Source: a plasmid. From it: 64,000 nucleotides of DNA. Both the position numbers and the translations under genes were made by a program. The notes below the pieces were generated by a model that ran no database searches, was not told the DNA's origin, and saw only the letters and a program-made list of their open reading frames with translations. The stretch lies in sequence record NZ_CP035506.1; one strand, given 5' to 3'. Below are positions 45,345-55,847 of this stretch, one piece after another. Position 1 is the stretch's first letter, and every line of letters starts with the position of its first letter.

Positions 45345-46273
45345 ATCGTTCCGCCTCCTGCCTGGCGCAGCATCCAGACCATACGTTGCAGCCGCAGGCG
45401 GAACAGCGTGCCCGCGGCCCGGATCCGCTCACCCGGCCCGGTAAGCTGGGTACTGGTCATCACCTTGGGAAGGTGGGCGACAGCACTGGCCGGCATGGCC
45501 AGCGCCTTTACCGCCCATTTGGCGTGTGACCCGGCCCCTTCGAATTCATAGGCCTCGCGCGTCATCCGGTTCCACTTCTTGCGAAGCGCCGCCCAGTCGG
45601 AGCGCGAGGGATGCGACACGCGCAGCTCCGGCGCGGCGCCAAGACGCCAGCCCTTGGATGTCGCCCGACGGCACCATTCGAGATCCTCGGACAGCCCGTT
45701 TCTGAGCGGCCCGGTGTGGAGAAAGACCTCCCGCCGCGTGACGAGATTGGCCGTGACCGAAAAGCCCTTCTTCTCGATATAGCCCTTCCAGTCGAAGGCG
45801 AAGACCGCTTCGAAGGCTTCCGCACCCGTACGGGGAGGCGGGGTTTCGTCGAAAATGTCGATGCGCCCGCCGAAGAGGTCGCCGTCCTGCCGTCCGCCGG
45901 TGGCCCGCGCCTGCGCGATCCAGTCGTCCGCGGGCAGGCAGTCGGCATCGAGAAAGGCCAGCACCGGCGCGGTCGTTTCCTTCACCCCGCGGTTGCGGGC
46001 GGGGCCTGCTCCCTTTTCGGCCTCGGTCACGAAGCGGGCGAAGGGAAAGGCCTCTGCGATGGGGGCCAGCGGCTCGGTGGAACCGTTGTCCACGACCACC
46101 ACCTCCACCCCCCTCAGATCCTGAGAAGCGAGTGCGGACAGGCAGCGCCGCAGGCGGGTGGTGTCGTTGTAATGGGGAATGATGACCGCCAGATCGGGAG
46201 CGGCGGTGCCGGGAGCCATCCCGCCGCCGCCTGCTGCCGGCTCAGTAGCCTGAATAGTCGTAGGAATAGTCAT
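45341..46273 (-). CDS. Glycosyltransferase family 2
   Basis: AVIIPHYNDTTRLRRCLSAL ... VVVDNGSTE ... FLDADC motifs. Confidence 0.8.
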   Translation of the reverse strand: MTIPTTIQATEPAAGGGGMAPGTAAPDLAVIIPHYNDTTRLRRCLSALASQDLRGVEVVVVDNGSTEPLAPIAEAFPFARFVTEAEKGAGPARNRGVKETTAPVLAFLDADCLPADDWIAQARATGGRQDGDLFGGRIDIFDETPPPRTGAEAFEAVFAFDWKGYIEKKGFSVTANLVTRREVFLHTGPLRNGLSEDLEWCRRATSKGWRLGAAPELRVSHPSRSDWAALRKKWNRMTREAYEFEGAGSHAKWAVKALAMPASAVAHLPKVMTSTQLTGPGERIRAAGTLFRLRLQRMVWMLRQAGGGTI

Positions 46274-47096
46274 CGCTCGTGATCCGGCATTTGTTCAGCA
46301 CCACGCCCATGACCTGTGTAAGCTCCGACACCTGGCGTTCGGCGGTGTCGATCTGGGACATCGGGGTTTCCTCGGCTGCGACCACGATCAGCGCACAGTC
46401 GACATTGCGCAGGAAGCCGATGGAATCGTCCCCCGTGAACAAGGGCGGAAGGTCGAAGATGGTGAAGTTCGGCTTGTACTGCGCCTCGATCTCCGCAAGC
46501 GCGGTCTTGGTGCGCTGGCTCTGCAGGAGTTCGGCCGGATGGCGCACCGTCTGGCCGTTCAGCCCGAAGGCCACGTTGTCGCCATAGCGCAGCGCGTGTT
46601 CCGAAAACGGCACCCGCCCTTCGATCACGTCTTCCATCGTGTGGCTGACCTTCTGATCCAGAGCATGGGCCAGGGTCACGCGCCGAAGGTCGAAGTCGAT
46701 GACAAGACTGCGGTAATCGCTCTGCCGGGCAAGGCTGAAGGCGAGATTGGCCACAGTCGTCGTCTTTCCCGCGGCGGCCCCGGCCGAGATGACGGCGATT
46801 CGCCGCCAGCCATGGGTTTCGGCCTGCTGGACGAGCCGCGTGCGCAGGATGTCATAGGCCGCCCCGGGCCCGCCGGGATGCAGGGCGATGAGATCGCCCT
46901 GTTTCGAATAGGCCGGCCGCGACGTGTCGAGCGGCCGCAGGGCGGCCCAGGCCGCATCGACCCCATTGCCCTCCACGGCGCTCCCCACCGCGGAAGCCGT
47001 GCCCTGCTGCTGCATGGGCGGCGGCGGAGTGTACTCCGGCCGTGTATCCTCCCGCTGGGCCCGGGCCTTTTCGATCGCTGCCTGCAAGCGTTCCAT
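46242..47096 (-). CDS. Bacterial tyrosine (BY) autokinase catalytic domain (Wzc/ExoP C-terminal-like, EpsG-like)
   Basis: Walker A SAGAAAGKTTTVANLA, Walker A-prime VIDFDLRR, Walker B, and a C-terminal tyrosine cluster DDYSYDYSGY. Start placed at ATG 47096, which has a GGAG RBS. Confidence 0.8.
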   Translation of the reverse strand: MERLQAAIEKARAQREDTRPEYTPPPPMQQQGTASAVGSAVEGNGVDAAWAALRPLDTSRPAYSKQGDLIALHPGGPGAAYDILRTRLVQQAETHGWRRIAVISAGAAAGKTTTVANLAFSLARQSDYRSLVIDFDLRRVTLAHALDQKVSHTMEDVIEGRVPFSEHALRYGDNVAFGLNGQTVRHPAELLQSQRTKTALAEIEAQYKPNFTIFDLPPLFTGDDSIGFLRNVDCALIVVAAEETPMSQIDTAERQVSELTQVMGVVLNKCRITSDDYSYDYSGY

Positions 47097-47130
47097 CAGA
47101 ATGTCTCCGTCACGATCGTTTCCCGGCCTG

Positions 47131-48642
47131 TCAGAGGCCGATCTGTTCCTTGACCTGCTCGGCGAGAACGTCGAGCGGCTGATAATAGGTATGGATGCTC
47201 CAGACGATGGCCGGAACACAGATGAGAATGAGCAGGATCAGCGCCGCCTTGAGGCTCCGGTGCACCACGGCCTCCCGCGAGGAGCGGATGTAGGGAATCG
47301 TGGCGATCGGCATGATCCCGAGTTTCTTGACGATATCCTCCGGCCGGCGCGGCGAGCGGTTCAGGAGATCCATCAGCAGCACGAGAGCCAGACCGGCGAG
47401 AATGCCGGCGCCGAGACCCCCGCCCGCGATCAGAATCCGGTTGGGCTTGGCTGCGTTGCTGGGCACCACCGGCTGTTGCAGGATGGTGATGCGCTGCCCG
47501 CGCGCCTGGCGTTCGATCCTTTCGCCCGTGGAGGCGTCGAAAAGACGATTCTGGATCGAGGAATACTGGCTCTGGATATTGTCATAGTCACGCTGCAATG
47601 CAGCGAGAGCGACATTGTTCACCGAAGCGCGGCTGATCGCATCCTGAATGCGGCTGATTTCGCCCTGAAGCTGCTCTTCCTGCGCCTTGAGGGTACCGAT
47701 CCGTCCGTCGATCTCGGCCATCTGGGCCTTGAGCGGGTCGCTCTGGTCCGGCTGGGCCGTGCCGGCGATGGTGGCTTCAAGCTGGGCGATCTGGCTTTTC
47801 AGGATACGGATGCGGGGATTGTCGGGGGCATAGACGGCCAGCGCCTGGTTCAGCTGGTTCCGCATCTGGGCAAGCTGCTGTTGCTGGGGGCTCGCATTCT
47901 GCGAGGTGACCGCCTGGATCTGCCCGGTGGACTGGAAGACCTGAATGACGCGGGCCCGTTGTTCGGTCAGGCTCGAGATGTCCCGCCCAAGCTGGTCGTG
48001 CCGCGCCTGCATGGTGATGAGCTGTTGCTGGCGATAGGACTGATCTTCCGGGAGCGCGTCGGCATTCTCCGCCTTGAAGCGGAGGATCTTGGCGCTCTGC
48101 TCGTTCAGCGCGGTCGAGAGCCGTTCGACTTCCTGCTGGAAGAAGTCGTAGGTCTGGCCTGCCATGCCGGTGCGGGATTCCACGTCGTCCCGCTGGATGA
48201 CGCTCAGATATTCGTTGACCACGGCGGCCGCCAGCTGGGGCGTGGGCGCGTCGAAAGAGATGGTCATCTGCCTTGCGCCTTCGCGCGGGGCGATGATCTT
48301 CGTCGTCGTCCGGCTGTTCATGTAGCTCGCGATGTCGTCGGCGCTCATCTGCGCGATACCGGGAATGTTGACCCGGCGCGCCACGTCGATGACATTGGAG
48401 CGGGAGATCAGCCGCTGTTCGATGATTTGCAACCGTTCGAGCGGCGATGTCGTTACCGTGGGAGCGGCAAGACGCGATGGGATCTGCGGCTCTTCGACCA
48501 CGAAGCGGGTCGCGGAGACATAGGTCGGCGGCAGGGTCATCGCGATGATGATACCGATGGCGGTGATCGCCACGGCCGGGATCAGGAACCAGTGCAGCCG
48601 CCGCAGAAAGACGGAGGTGTAATATTTGAGAGTGGCCTTCAC
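47131..48642 (-). CDS. Polysaccharide co-polymerase (GumC/Wzz/ExoP N-terminal-like chain-length determinant, EpsF-like)
   Basis: N-terminal TM, a long periplasmic coiled-coil rich in Q/A/L, and a second C-terminal TM (GGGLGAGILAGLALVLLMD). Confidence 0.8.
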   Translation of the reverse strand: MKATLKYYTSVFLRRLHWFLIPAVAITAIGIIIAMTLPPTYVSATRFVVEEPQIPSRLAAPTVTTSPLERLQIIEQRLISRSNVIDVARRVNIPGIAQMSADDIASYMNSRTTTKIIAPREGARQMTISFDAPTPQLAAAVVNEYLSVIQRDDVESRTGMAGQTYDFFQQEVERLSTALNEQSAKILRFKAENADALPEDQSYRQQQLITMQARHDQLGRDISSLTEQRARVIQVFQSTGQIQAVTSQNASPQQQQLAQMRNQLNQALAVYAPDNPRIRILKSQIAQLEATIAGTAQPDQSDPLKAQMAEIDGRIGTLKAQEEQLQGEISRIQDAISRASVNNVALAALQRDYDNIQSQYSSIQNRLFDASTGERIERQARGQRITILQQPVVPSNAAKPNRILIAGGGLGAGILAGLALVLLMDLLNRSPRRPEDIVKKLGIMPIATIPYIRSSREAVVHRSLKAALILLILICVPAIVWSIHTYYQPLDVLAEQVKEQIGL

Positions 48643-49502
48643 GCCGTCGTCTCCTCTTCTTCCGGGCCAAGCGCGTTGGCACCGAAGAATACCTGATCTT
48701 CAATAACGTTCTGAACGGTTTCTTCCGTGACCTGTGGGGTTTCGCTGCTCCAGGCGTAAAGCATGCAGAAATCGCACAGTTGGTTGACGAGCCGCGGCAC
48801 GCCGCGCGTGGCGGCATGAATGGCGGTGGCCGCCCCGGGGGTGAATTCCGTCCCCGTGCCCCCGGCCTTCACCAGCCGATGGGCGATGTATCCGGCGACC
48901 GCATCGGCATCCATCGCGTTCAGATGGAAGGAGGCCGCCACCCGCTGCGCGAGCTGGCGCATGTTGGGATGCAGCACCATCGCCTTCAGCTCGGGCTGGC
49001 CGACGAGGATGAGCTGGATCAGCTCGTCCTTGCCGGAGTTGATGTTGGTGAGCAGCCGGAGTTCCTCCAGCCCCTCGATGGAGAGGTTCTGCGCCTCGTC
49101 GAAGATCAGGATCACCCGCCGCCCGGCGGCATATTCGGTGATCAGGAACTCCTGCAGCTTCTGGAACATCTGCACATAGGTCTCGCCCGGCGTGATCGGC
49201 ACGGCGAGCGCGTTCAGCACCCATTGCAGAAGCTCCCCCCGCCCGCCCTGCGCGTTGGAGACGAGACCGATGGTCACGTCCTCCTCCAGCCGGTTCAGCA
49301 GCTCGCGCAGCAGCGTCGTCTTGCCAGAGCCGATCTCGCCGGTGATGAGCGTGATCGGCGCGCGGGACAGGATGCCGAATTCCAGAACCGAGAAGGCGCG
49401 GCGATGCTGGGCCGACCAGTAGAGAAAGGAAGGATCCGGCAGCAGCGTGAAGGGACGCTCCCGAAGGCCGAAGAATTCCGCGTAAAGCTGCTGTGGGGCC
49501 AT
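48639..49502 (-). CDS. ExeA-like AAA ATPase (exosortase/PEP-CTERM-locus secretion ATPase type)
   Basis: Walker A GEIGSGKTTLLREL and Walker B VILIFDEAQNL. First gene of a tightly coupled minus-strand operon. Confidence 0.75.
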   Translation of the reverse strand: MAPQQLYAEFFGLRERPFTLLPDPSFLYWSAQHRRAFSVLEFGILSRAPITLITGEIGSGKTTLLRELLNRLEEDVTIGLVSNAQGGRGELLQWVLNALAVPITPGETYVQMFQKLQEFLITEYAAGRRVILIFDEAQNLSIEGLEELRLLTNINSGKDELIQLILVGQPELKAMVLHPNMRQLAQRVAASFHLNAMDADAVAGYIAHRLVKAGGTGTEFTPGAATAIHAATRGVPRLVNQLCDFCMLYAWSSETPQVTEETVQNVIEDQVFFGANALGPEEEETTA

Positions 49503-50070
49503 GAATTGCCTTCAGTTACTCTCGTCCGGACCTGGTCGGTCCCTTGCGGGATGCCTATAGCACTCCGCTCTCAAACAATCACCCTGCAACCGGGGGACGA
49601 AACCCCTCTGTGCAGATCTCTCCAATTTGCGGCAGGATGGGCACAATCCTCCGCCCCGTCGATTATGCCCGCTGCCTGACCGGAGGCCGAGAGTCCAGTT
49701 TCGTCGGTCCGGGGACGACAAGGCAAGAGGCGGTGGGGCATGTTCACGATTATGTTGAAGTCCCTTCGGCGGTTTAGCCGCTTCCGCGGCGACGCTTCAC
49801 CCTGATCTGCGAACAATGTGCGGCAAAGTGAAACAATTCGCAATGCTGCAACTGCACAATCAATGTGCACGTGTGAGAAAAACTGTATTTTCATGTTGTT
49901 GGGGGGTGGACGATTAACATTAATGCCCAAACTCCCTTTGCGGGCGCGAGAAAGAATGGTAAGCATTCTGTTAACGCACCGGCACCGCATATATTGGCAC
50001 GGCAGAATCGTGTTGCTCCACGCTGCAGGCTCTTCCTCCCCCCTGGGAGCCTCGGAAACGGGAACGGACT

Positions 50071-50758
50071 TATGACTGTACATTTCAATTCCGCTTCGCA
50101 GACAGGCCTTTCTTCCTCCCTCGATCAGGACAATCCCCTCGCCACCCCTTCGGGCATTTACCGGAATGGCGCGAAACGGACGATCGACATCCTCCTCATC
50201 GTCCTGGCGCTTCCCTTCGTCCTTCCCGTGCTTGCCATCATGGCGGGCTTCGTGATGATGGACGGGCATTCCCCCTTCTACCGTCAGGAGCGCGTGGGCC
50301 GCGGCGGGCGTCACTTCAGCCTGCTGAAGATCCGCACCATGGTTCCAAACGCCAAGGAGAAGCTCGAGGAATATCTCGCCTCCGACCCGGCCGCCCGCGC
50401 CGAATGGGACGAGACGCAGAAACTCAAGTCCGACCCCCGCATCACCTTTGCGGGCCGCATCCTGCGCAAGACCTCGCTCGACGAACTGCCGCAGCTCTGG
50501 AACGTGCTCAAGGGCGACATGTCCCTCATCGGGCCGCGCCCCATGATGCCGGAACAGCGCGCGCTCTATCCCGGCCAGGCCTATTATGAGCTGCGTCCCG
50601 GCATTACCGGATCGTGGCAGGTGTCGGACCGCAACGAAGGCTCTTTCGCGGGCCGCGCAAAATTTGATCTCGATTATTACAACTCCCTGTCTTTCGTAAA
50701 GGATTTGTCAATTCTCCTGCGTACAGTGGCTGTTGTTGTGCGGGGGACGGGATACTAA
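50071..50758 (+). CDS. Polyprenyl-phosphate sugar phosphotransferase (ExoY/WbaP C-terminal-domain type priming transferase)
   Basis: Single TM followed by the bacterial sugar transferase domain (PFYRQERVGRGGRHFSLLKIRTM ... DELPQLWNVLKGDMSLIGPRP). Confidence 0.85.
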
Positions 50759-50800
50759 CCTCGTCTCTGGAAAAATGCGTCCGGGATTGGTCCGGGCGCC

Positions 50801-53296
50801 ATGGACGAAGGTGAGGATGTGACGGGCAAGAAGGTTCTTCGGGGGCGGATCGGCCTCGGTATTGCGCTGGCGGCTGGTATCGGGCTGCTCGCGGGCTGCG
50901 AATCCTCCGAGGAAAAGGCGCAGAAACACTACGAATCCGGGCTTGCCCTGCTGGAGCAGGGCGATGTCAGCCGGGCGATGGTGGAATTCCGCAACGTCTT
51001 CTCTCTCGACGGAAATCACCAGGAGGCAAGGCAGACCTATGCGCGGCTCCTGCGGGAGCAGGGCAGCGTGCGGGAGGCCTACAGCCAGTATCTCCGCCTC
51101 GTCGAACAATATCCTGACAATGCAGAGGGCAACCGGGCGCTGGCGGAGATGGCGCTCGATGCGAGCAACTGGGACGATGCGGACCGTTACGGCCGCGTCG
51201 CGCTGCGTCTGGCGCCCGATGAGCCGGAGGTTCAGGGCATCGGCGCGATGATCGACTACCGGGCCGCGCTGATGAGCCGGGACGAGGCTGCCGGACAGGC
51301 GGCGCTGCAGCGTGCTCAGGCGCTGGTCGGGCAGCATCCCGAGCTTGTCGTCGCGCGGCGGGTGACGCTCGACAGTCTGGTGCGCAAGTCGGACTGGGAG
51401 GCCGTGCTGGCCTCGCTCGACGAAGGGTTGCAGCACGACCCCAACTCCTTCGAGTTTCAGCGGATGCGGGCCGCCGCGCTCTTCCAGCTTGGCCGGACCG
51501 ATGATCTTGAGGCGCAGCTGCGCCAGATGGCCCTTGCCAATCCCGAAGACACAGAGATCGAGAATTCGCTGCTCGGCCTGTTCATCAACCAGAAACGTCC
51601 CGAGGCGGCCGAGGAGTTTCTGCGCAGCCGCGTCGATCCGGCCTCCGCCGATCCGGCGGCGCGCCAGCGGCTGGTGTCCTTCATCGCCCAGACCCGCGGC
51701 ATGCCCGCCGCACGGCAGGAGATCGACCGCATCGTCGCCGGCAATCCGCCGAAGGTCGGTATCTACCGCACCATGCGCGCCGGGATCGATTTCGACGCCG
51801 GAAACCGCGATGGCGCCATGGCTGAAATGCAGTCGATCATCGACAGCAAGCCCGAACCGGATGTGCTGAACCAGGCGCGCGTGACGCTCGCGCGGATGAT
51901 GGCGCAGGTCGGCAACAAGGTTGGCGGCCGGGCTCTGGTGGAGGAGGTGCTCGCCTCCACGCCCAGCGATGTCGATGCGCTTAAACTCAAGGGCAACTGG
52001 CTGATCGACGACGACAGGACCGGCGATGCGCTGGTCGCGCTCCGCTCCGCCCTCGAATATGCCCCCCGCGATCCGCAGATCATGACGCTCATGGCCCGCG
52101 CGCATGAGCGGGACGGCAGCCGAGACCTGATGGGGGAGATGCTTTCCCAGGCGGTGGTCGCCTCCAGCCGGGCGCCGTCCGAATCGCTGCGGTATGCCGC
52201 CTTCCTCGAGCAGGACGGCAAGCACCTTCCGGCGGAGGATGCGCTGGTCAACGCGCTCCGGCTTCAGCCGCGCAACGTCGACCTGCTCTCCGCGCTGGGG
52301 CGCGTCTATGTCGCGATGAAGGACTGGCCGCGCGCCGATCATGTCGTGCGCACCCTGAAGGAGATCGGTACCGATCAGGCGGTCAACTCCGCCAATGAGA
52401 TCACGGCGAACCGGCTCGCCGCGCTGAACCAGGATCAGGAACTCGCCGCCTTCCTGCGCGGTCTGGCCGCGGAGGGGGACAGTGGTCCCGGCGTGGAGCT
52501 TGCCCTGATTCGCACCAGCCTGCTGCGCGGCGACACGCAGGAGGCCCTGCGCCAGGCCGATGCCCTGCTCGCCAAGACGCCCGACAATCCGACGGCCCTT
52601 TACCTCCATGCCGCCGTGCTGCTCTCTGCCGGGCAGAAGGAAGGGCTTGACGAGATGCGCGCCCTTACCCAATCGCATCCCGGTTTCGAGATGGGCTGGG
52701 CCGCGCTGCACAATGCGCTGCTCAGCACCGGCGACACGGAAGGCGCGGGCAAGGTGCTGGAGGCGGGTCTTGCCGCGATTCCGACGGCCCCCACGCTTTC
52801 CTGGATCAAGGCGGGCATTCTGGAGAAATCCGGCGATATCGACGGGGCGATCACTCTTTACGAGGCGATGTACGAGCGCGATTCGAATTCGCCGATCATT
52901 GCCAACAACCTCGCCAGCCTGCTGGCCGGTTACCGGAGTGACGACGCAAGCCTCGACAGGGCCTATACGGTCGCCCGGCGGCTTCGCGGAACGACGGTGC
53001 CTGCCTTCCAGGACACCTATGGCTGGATCGCCTACCGGCGCGGCAACTTTGACGAGGCGCTCAGCAATCTGGAGCCTGCCGCCCAGGGCCTGCCGCAGGA
53101 TGGGACGGTGCAGTATCACCTTGCCATGACCTATTCCGCGCTTGGGCGGAAGGATGAGGCGAAGCAGCTTCTCCTCCGGCTCGATGAGGGGGCCATTCCG
53201 CTTCCTGCCGATTATGCCGACCGGGTAAAGGCGGAGCTTGCCCGCCTTGCCGCGCCGGATGCGCCTGTGGTCTCGACACCCGAGGCGCGCAACTGA
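50801..53296 (+). CDS. TPR-repeat lipoprotein (PrsT-like, exosortase/PEP-CTERM system-associated)
   Basis: Lipobox LLAGC after a positively charged N-terminus, then about 800 aa of tetratricopeptide repeats. A GTG start just downstream of 50801 is possible. Confidence 0.75.
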   Translation: MDEGEDVTGKKVLRGRIGLGIALAAGIGLLAGCESSEEKAQKHYESGLALLEQGDVSRAMVEFRNVFSLDGNHQEARQTYARLLREQGSVREAYSQYLRLVEQYPDNAEGNRALAEMALDASNWDDADRYGRVALRLAPDEPEVQGIGAMIDYRAALMSRDEAAGQAALQRAQALVGQHPELVVARRVTLDSLVRKSDWEAVLASLDEGLQHDPNSFEFQRMRAAALFQLGRTDDLEAQLRQMALANPEDTEIENSLLGLFINQKRPEAAEEFLRSRVDPASADPAARQRLVSFIAQTRGMPAARQEIDRIVAGNPPKVGIYRTMRAGIDFDAGNRDGAMAEMQSIIDSKPEPDVLNQARVTLARMMAQVGNKVGGRALVEEVLASTPSDVDALKLKGNWLIDDDRTGDALVALRSALEYAPRDPQIMTLMARAHERDGSRDLMGEMLSQAVVASSRAPSESLRYAAFLEQDGKHLPAEDALVNALRLQPRNVDLLSALGRVYVAMKDWPRADHVVRTLKEIGTDQAVNSANEITANRLAALNQDQELAAFLRGLAAEGDSGPGVELALIRTSLLRGDTQEALRQADALLAKTPDNPTALYLHAAVLLSAGQKEGLDEMRALTQSHPGFEMGWAALHNALLSTGDTEGAGKVLEAGLAAIPTAPTLSWIKAGILEKSGDIDGAITLYEAMYERDSNSPIIANNLASLLAGYRSDDASLDRAYTVARRLRGTTVPAFQDTYGWIAYRRGNFDEALSNLEPAAQGLPQDGTVQYHLAMTYSALGRKDEAKQLLLRLDEGAIPLPADYADRVKAELARLAAPDAPVVSTPEARN

Positions 53297-53513
53297 GCAG
53301 CCGTTGCCGAAGATGGCCGCCGCAGAGGGCCACCGGAAAGGAATGACGGGCTTGCCCAGCGGAACTTTGCCGGGCAAGCCTTTTATTCCGGCGGATTTTT
53401 CTTCAGAACCGCGGCAGAAGTGTCGCAGTCCTCGCCTTTTGCGGAGCTCGGCTTTCCACCTGCCCGCAAACCTCCTATCCCTGATCGTAACCATTCCCCA
53501 ACGGGTGCGCCTG

Positions 53514-54167
53514 ATGTTCAGAACCTTGCTCGGGATCTTTGTTTCCCCCCTTTCACGTATCGCGGCGGTCGCCCTTGTGGCGGGCGGCGTCGCCGGCGGT
53601 TTCTCCGCGCCTGCCTCGGCCCAGAGCGGCTATCACCTGCGTCCGGGCGATGTGGTGCAGGTCGAGGTGCTCGACGATCCGAGCCTCAACCGTTCCGTGC
53701 TCGTCCTTCCCGATGGCAGCATCAGCTTCCCGCAGGCCGGAACGCTGCGCGCCAGCGGCCGGACGGTGGAGCAGCTGCGCTCCGCCCTGACGCAGGGCCT
53801 CTCGCCGAACTTCGCTGCGACGCCTACCGTCTATGTCACCGTGGGAAGCGTCGCGCCGCCGCAGTCCGCCGCCGCTGCCGCGGAAGGATTTCCCGTATAT
53901 GTGATGGGAGAAGTTAACGAACCCGGCCGCAAGGACATCAAGTCCGGCACCACGCTGCTGCAGTTCCTGGCCGAGGCCGGTCAGCTCAGCCGCTTTGCCG
54001 CGCGGAATCGGATCGAACTCCACCGTCAGGATCCCCGGACCAAGGCTGCGGCCGTCTATCTCTTCGACCTCGACCATGTGGGGGGTGGCCAGAACCGGAT
54101 CAGCGGCATGACCACCATCACCGAAGGCGATGTCATCATCGTCCCGCAGCGCCGGCTGTTCGAGTAA
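53514..54167 (+). CDS. Polysaccharide export protein, Wza-like (Poly_export + SLBB domains; EpsE-like)
   Basis: Signal peptide, then YHLRPGDVVQVEV ... PDGSISFPQAGTLRASGRTVEQLRSAL, the Poly_export motif. Start at ATG 53514. Confidence 0.75.
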   Translation: MFRTLLGIFVSPLSRIAAVALVAGGVAGGFSAPASAQSGYHLRPGDVVQVEVLDDPSLNRSVLVLPDGSISFPQAGTLRASGRTVEQLRSALTQGLSPNFAATPTVYVTVGSVAPPQSAAAAAEGFPVYVMGEVNEPGRKDIKSGTTLLQFLAEAGQLSRFAARNRIELHRQDPRTKAAAVYLFDLDHVGGGQNRISGMTTITEGDVIIVPQRRLFE

Positions 54168-54171
54168 GCAG

Positions 54172-55653
54172 ATGACCCCTGCCCGTTCCGCATGCCTCGC
54201 TTCCCTCAGCCGGGAGACCGGGCGGCCCCGTGCTGCGGCAGGCTTTCGCCGGCTGCCGCTCGCATTTCTTCTTCTCGCCGGAACGGCCCTTGTGCCTGTG
54301 GAGGCGCCGGCACAGGCAGCAGGCGATCTGCCGAACCCGCTGCTGACGTTCAGCTTTTCGTCCTCACTGCATGTGAGCGACAACTATGACCTGTCGGATG
54401 ATCCGTCAGGAACCACCACCTATGTCGATAACACACTCGGCCTCAGCTACCTGAGCGAGACGGATGTCCAGAAGCTCAGCCTCGCGGCGAGCGGGGTGCT
54501 GCGTCTGGCCGATTATCCGAGCGATGCGACGAACAGCGGCTACCAGACCGATTTCGACAACCAGACCCTCCGCTTCGGCTATACGCTGACGGGGGCGGAC
54601 AGCGAATTGACATCGTCGGCCTATTACAACCGCGCCGACATCGCCTTCTTCGATCCGTTCCAGCTCGTGCAGGAAAATATCGATCTCGAAGCGCAGGATC
54701 TTTCAACCAGCGACGGGTATCGGGAGATGATCCGCGCCAGTGTCGGCTTCCGCACCGGCATGTCCGGGCCGCTCAGCTTCAATGCGGGGCTGAGCGCCTA
54801 CAAGCGGAACTTCCTTGAGACGAGCGACACGAGCTTCGAAGACAACGAAACCTATACGGCGACGGCAGGTTTCGGCTTCCTGATCACGCCGACCACCCGG
54901 CTGACGCTGGACGGGTTGTATCGCGACTATTCCGCCGACGATACGGAGCAGACCGACCGGCAGACCCGCTCGCTCTCCACGGGTGCCGTGCATGAGGTCA
55001 GTACCGGGCTCACGCTCAATGGCTCCATAGGCTATCAGGAGATCGAGAGCGAGAAGACCGATCTCTCCGGCTACCGCGGAACAGAGCGGACGACCGGGGT
55101 CATCGGCACTCTCGGCGCCACGCAGGAGCTGACCAACGGCACGGTCGGAATCAGTTTCGACCAGAGCCAGAATACCTCCGGCAGCCGTTCCACCCTCCAG
55201 GTGTCCCGCGCAATGGACCTGCCGAGCGGCAGCCTTGCGCTCAGCCTCGGCGCCTCGCGGGGCGACAGCGGCAAGACGACCGCCATCGGGTCGATCACCT
55301 ACAATCATGACCTGGAGAATGGGAGCCTTTCCGCACGGCTGTCGCAATCGGTCAGCACCAACAGCGACGACGAAGAGGTGGAGGCGCGCAATTTCCTGCT
55401 CCGGCTATCGCATGAGCTGACCCCGGTTTCGGGTGTTTCGCTGAGCGTAAGCTATGCCGATCTCAACAACCTCCAGGATTCCGGGGGCGACCGGACGCGC
55501 AGTCAGATCCGCGCGGCCTATTCCCATGACCTGACCCGGGACTGGGAGCTTTCGGGCGGTTACGAATATACCCAGCTGGAGCGCCCCGCAGGAACGGCCA
55601 AGGAAAACGCCGTCTTCCTGACCATACAGCGCCAGTTCCTTTTCAGGCCCTGA
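54172..55653 (+). CDS. Predicted outer-membrane beta-barrel protein of the exosortase locus
   Basis: Signal peptide LPLAFLLLAGTALVPVEAPAQA. Alternating amphipathic beta-strand pattern rich in S/T/Y/G/N/D. Ends QRQFLFRP. Confidence 0.5.
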   Translation: MTPARSACLASLSRETGRPRAAAGFRRLPLAFLLLAGTALVPVEAPAQAAGDLPNPLLTFSFSSSLHVSDNYDLSDDPSGTTTYVDNTLGLSYLSETDVQKLSLAASGVLRLADYPSDATNSGYQTDFDNQTLRFGYTLTGADSELTSSAYYNRADIAFFDPFQLVQENIDLEAQDLSTSDGYREMIRASVGFRTGMSGPLSFNAGLSAYKRNFLETSDTSFEDNETYTATAGFGFLITPTTRLTLDGLYRDYSADDTEQTDRQTRSLSTGAVHEVSTGLTLNGSIGYQEIESEKTDLSGYRGTERTTGVIGTLGATQELTNGTVGISFDQSQNTSGSRSTLQVSRAMDLPSGSLALSLGASRGDSGKTTAIGSITYNHDLENGSLSARLSQSVSTNSDDEEVEARNFLLRLSHELTPVSGVSLSVSYADLNNLQDSGGDRTRSQIRAAYSHDLTRDWELSGGYEYTQLERPAGTAKENAVFLTIQRQFLFRP

Positions 55654-55847
55654 GCTCAGGACCTGAAAAGATCCGTGGGGCCGGGTGCGCTCTCACAACC
55701 ATGTGAATTTTCTGTACCATTCGCGGCCGGGTCATGGTTTTGCTTCGGTTTCCGCATGTGCAGCCTTATGTTATACAGGGACATACTTCCGGCGAATATG
55801 CCGGGCGCCCTGGGCTATCCCCGGCCACATTTGACTAGAGGATTTCC

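Noticed and set aside
49571-50314. 247-aa minus-strand ORF across the divergent promoter and exoY
   Set aside because: Overlaps the well-supported ExoY-like gene on the other strand and the intergenic region. No domain features.
50708-53494. 928-aa ORF on the minus strand
   Set aside because: Antisense of the TPR lipoprotein gene. The sense strand has clear TPR and lipobox features.
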